A DNA stretch of 54,551 nucleotides, counting the filler, from Bipalium vagum (Eukaryota), in NCBI GenBank assembly GCA_037834085.1. It is 3 parts of 3 records of this genome, joined end to end, with 100 filler letters (N's around TTAATTAATTAA, not from the genome) between each part and the next. Parts side by side here need not be neighbours in the genome. Positions count along the whole stretch, not along the records: positions 38,703 to 54,551 come from JBBMKC010142319.1; 2 more parts are not named here. One strand, given 5' to 3'. The notes under the pieces were generated by a model. That model was given only the letters and a program-made list of their open reading frames with translations. It searched no databases and was not told the origin of the DNA. The translations under genes were made by a program, and so were the position numbers. How positions within the stretch are numbered: the first letter of the stretch is position 1; each line of letters begins with the position of its first letter. Below are positions 52,871-54,551 of the stretch, piece after piece.

Positions 52871-54348
52871 AAAATACTAATTTTGATATATATTTCAATT
52901 TAATTATAAATAGTTGTTTATATATTAACTTTTTGTAAAGATATTAAAATAATGTAATCAAATATAACATATTTTTAAATTATATTTGTCAAATTTATTG
53001 TTTTAGATAAATAAAATTGTTAAGTTCCTAAAAGGGTGGATGATTTTACAAAAACTGAACTATGCTTTTAGGTTACTTAACACAGTCTATATTACCAGAA
53101 GGATTTACGGATGAACGTTGGAACACTACTACTAATCACTGTCACAATTAAAAACAAATCGATCTCAATAAAACTATAAATGAACTAAAAAAACACAAAT
53201 TTTAATATCAAAATCTTTATTGAAAATGTAATTCAAAGATTTGTTTACAATGATTACTTAGGTTTGTTGCTGATCTACAGAATCTTTAAACACATGCTTA
53301 GCCTAGTGTGTTAAAGCCCTCAGGAAGTTTACCACCTAGCGGCTGAGTAAACTTTAAAAACAAAAGGAAGTAATGGAAAGAACAGAAAAAATTACTTGAT
53401 CTACGGTGAAGCACCGAGTATTTCCTTGGAAGAAAATGCTTCATTAAAAGCTACGTCAATCAGCAAAGATTGCGCAACTGTGATTATAATTTTAAATTAT
53501 TATAATAGAAATTATAAATAGAATGTTTGAGTCAACCCTTCTGTACACACAGAGTGAAGACTTAGAAATTAATATTTAATAATAGTGATAAAAACATAAT
53601 GATAATATTGATGTAATTTTACCAAATATATGTATTTACTTAGATCTGTTGATGCCGAGTATGAACTGTCTTACCGTGAAATGTTGTTGTTTCTTCTTAA
53701 TTCTAACGTTCCTTTGATACTGTTTTTAGATTGTGTTGTGTTATTTTTGCTGTGTTATTCGTCAACTGTCTTGATTTTTGAATTCTTAATTGAGATCTGA
53801 TTGATTCTGTCGTAGTTTGGAATAATTAATTATGTTGTTAGATTAATGCTTTGCGTTGGTATTTGCTTGGTAACCTTTTCTCAATCGGAATTTGTTTTTC
53901 TGACCTTTGATTATTTCTCGAATCTCTTGTCAATGTATTTTTCTCTTCGTTTTATGCTCTTTTAAGCTTCTTTTATATTACTTATTTTTCATATTTTATT
54001 ATTTTTAGTAAGTTTTATGTTTCTATTAATATTATTTTATACAGTTTATTTTTCTTAAAATAAACTTTACTATTCTTTTTGTATAATTTTCTATTTTTAG
54101 TAAGTTTGTACTTTCTAATTTTAATTTACTATCAAATTTTATATTTTCACAGAAATTTTAATAATAATAATTATTATTAATTAATTAAAAAAGAGTCTTC
54201 TGATAATCAGCCACAAAACATTACAAAGTAAAAACAAAATTAAAAATGTTTATTAAAATCATAACATTTGTTAATCAAATAAAAATCAGCAAAATGGGAT
54301 ATTGTAAATTTTTTTGTAAAAAATGTCTATTTTGGGATGTTCCGCAAA

Positions 54349-54551
54349 ATGTCTAGAAATTTAACAGAATTACAAAGATGTTGCATTGTTGCATTACTGA
54401 ATAATGGAAATTCTTGGACTGAAATATGTTGACAAATCTTGGAAAAGTACAACAAGACGGTGACAAAACTCGGTATGCAATATATTTGGAAGAAATATCT
54501 CGAAACAGGTTCGGTGAGTGATAGGATGAGAAAAGGCAGACAAACTATTGT
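54349..54551 (+). mobile_element. Tc1 transposase N-terminus (one stop), runs off window
   Basis: MSRNLTELQRCCIVALLNNGNSWTEIC*QILEKYNKTVTKLGMQYIWKKYLETGSVSDRMRKGRQT: paired-like HTH followed by KY.ETGSV.D..R.GR. Confidence 0.85.

Noticed and set aside
1-54551. CRISPR arrays, operons or prokaryotic defence systems
   Set aside because: The sequence is eukaryotic with spliceosomal introns; no regularly spaced repeat-spacer array seen.

Overview
AT-rich eukaryotic (animal-like) draft scaffold with three N-gaps. Two of the gaps are artificial 100-nt linkers (44N-TTAATTAATTAA-44N). Genes have many short (about 40-60 nt) GT-AG introns plus a few multi-kb introns full of transposon debris. I reconstructed three spliced genes by hand. 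(1) The first four exons of a glycerol kinase 5 (GK5)-like gene (+, 4742-11224); later exons were not found. (2) A complete, frame-consistent 7-exon Dok-7-like PH-PTB adaptor (-, 36805-23299, 525 aa). (3) A 10-exon SUN-domain nuclear-envelope protein (-, 48765-39553; 5' end unresolved). There is also a tRNA-Ala(CGC)-like gene with aberrant identity features and a candidate micro-exon transcript (-, about 1800-2406). The rest is decayed mobile DNA: a Helitron, several mariner, Tc1 and pogo remnants, a solo LTR and AAT microsatellites. I found no clear multi-gene novel system. The best leads are the degenerate Dok-7 phosphotyrosine pocket, the micro-exon array, the odd tRNA and the SUN protein lacking the KASH-disulfide cysteine. 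All family assignments come from recalled motifs, not database searches.
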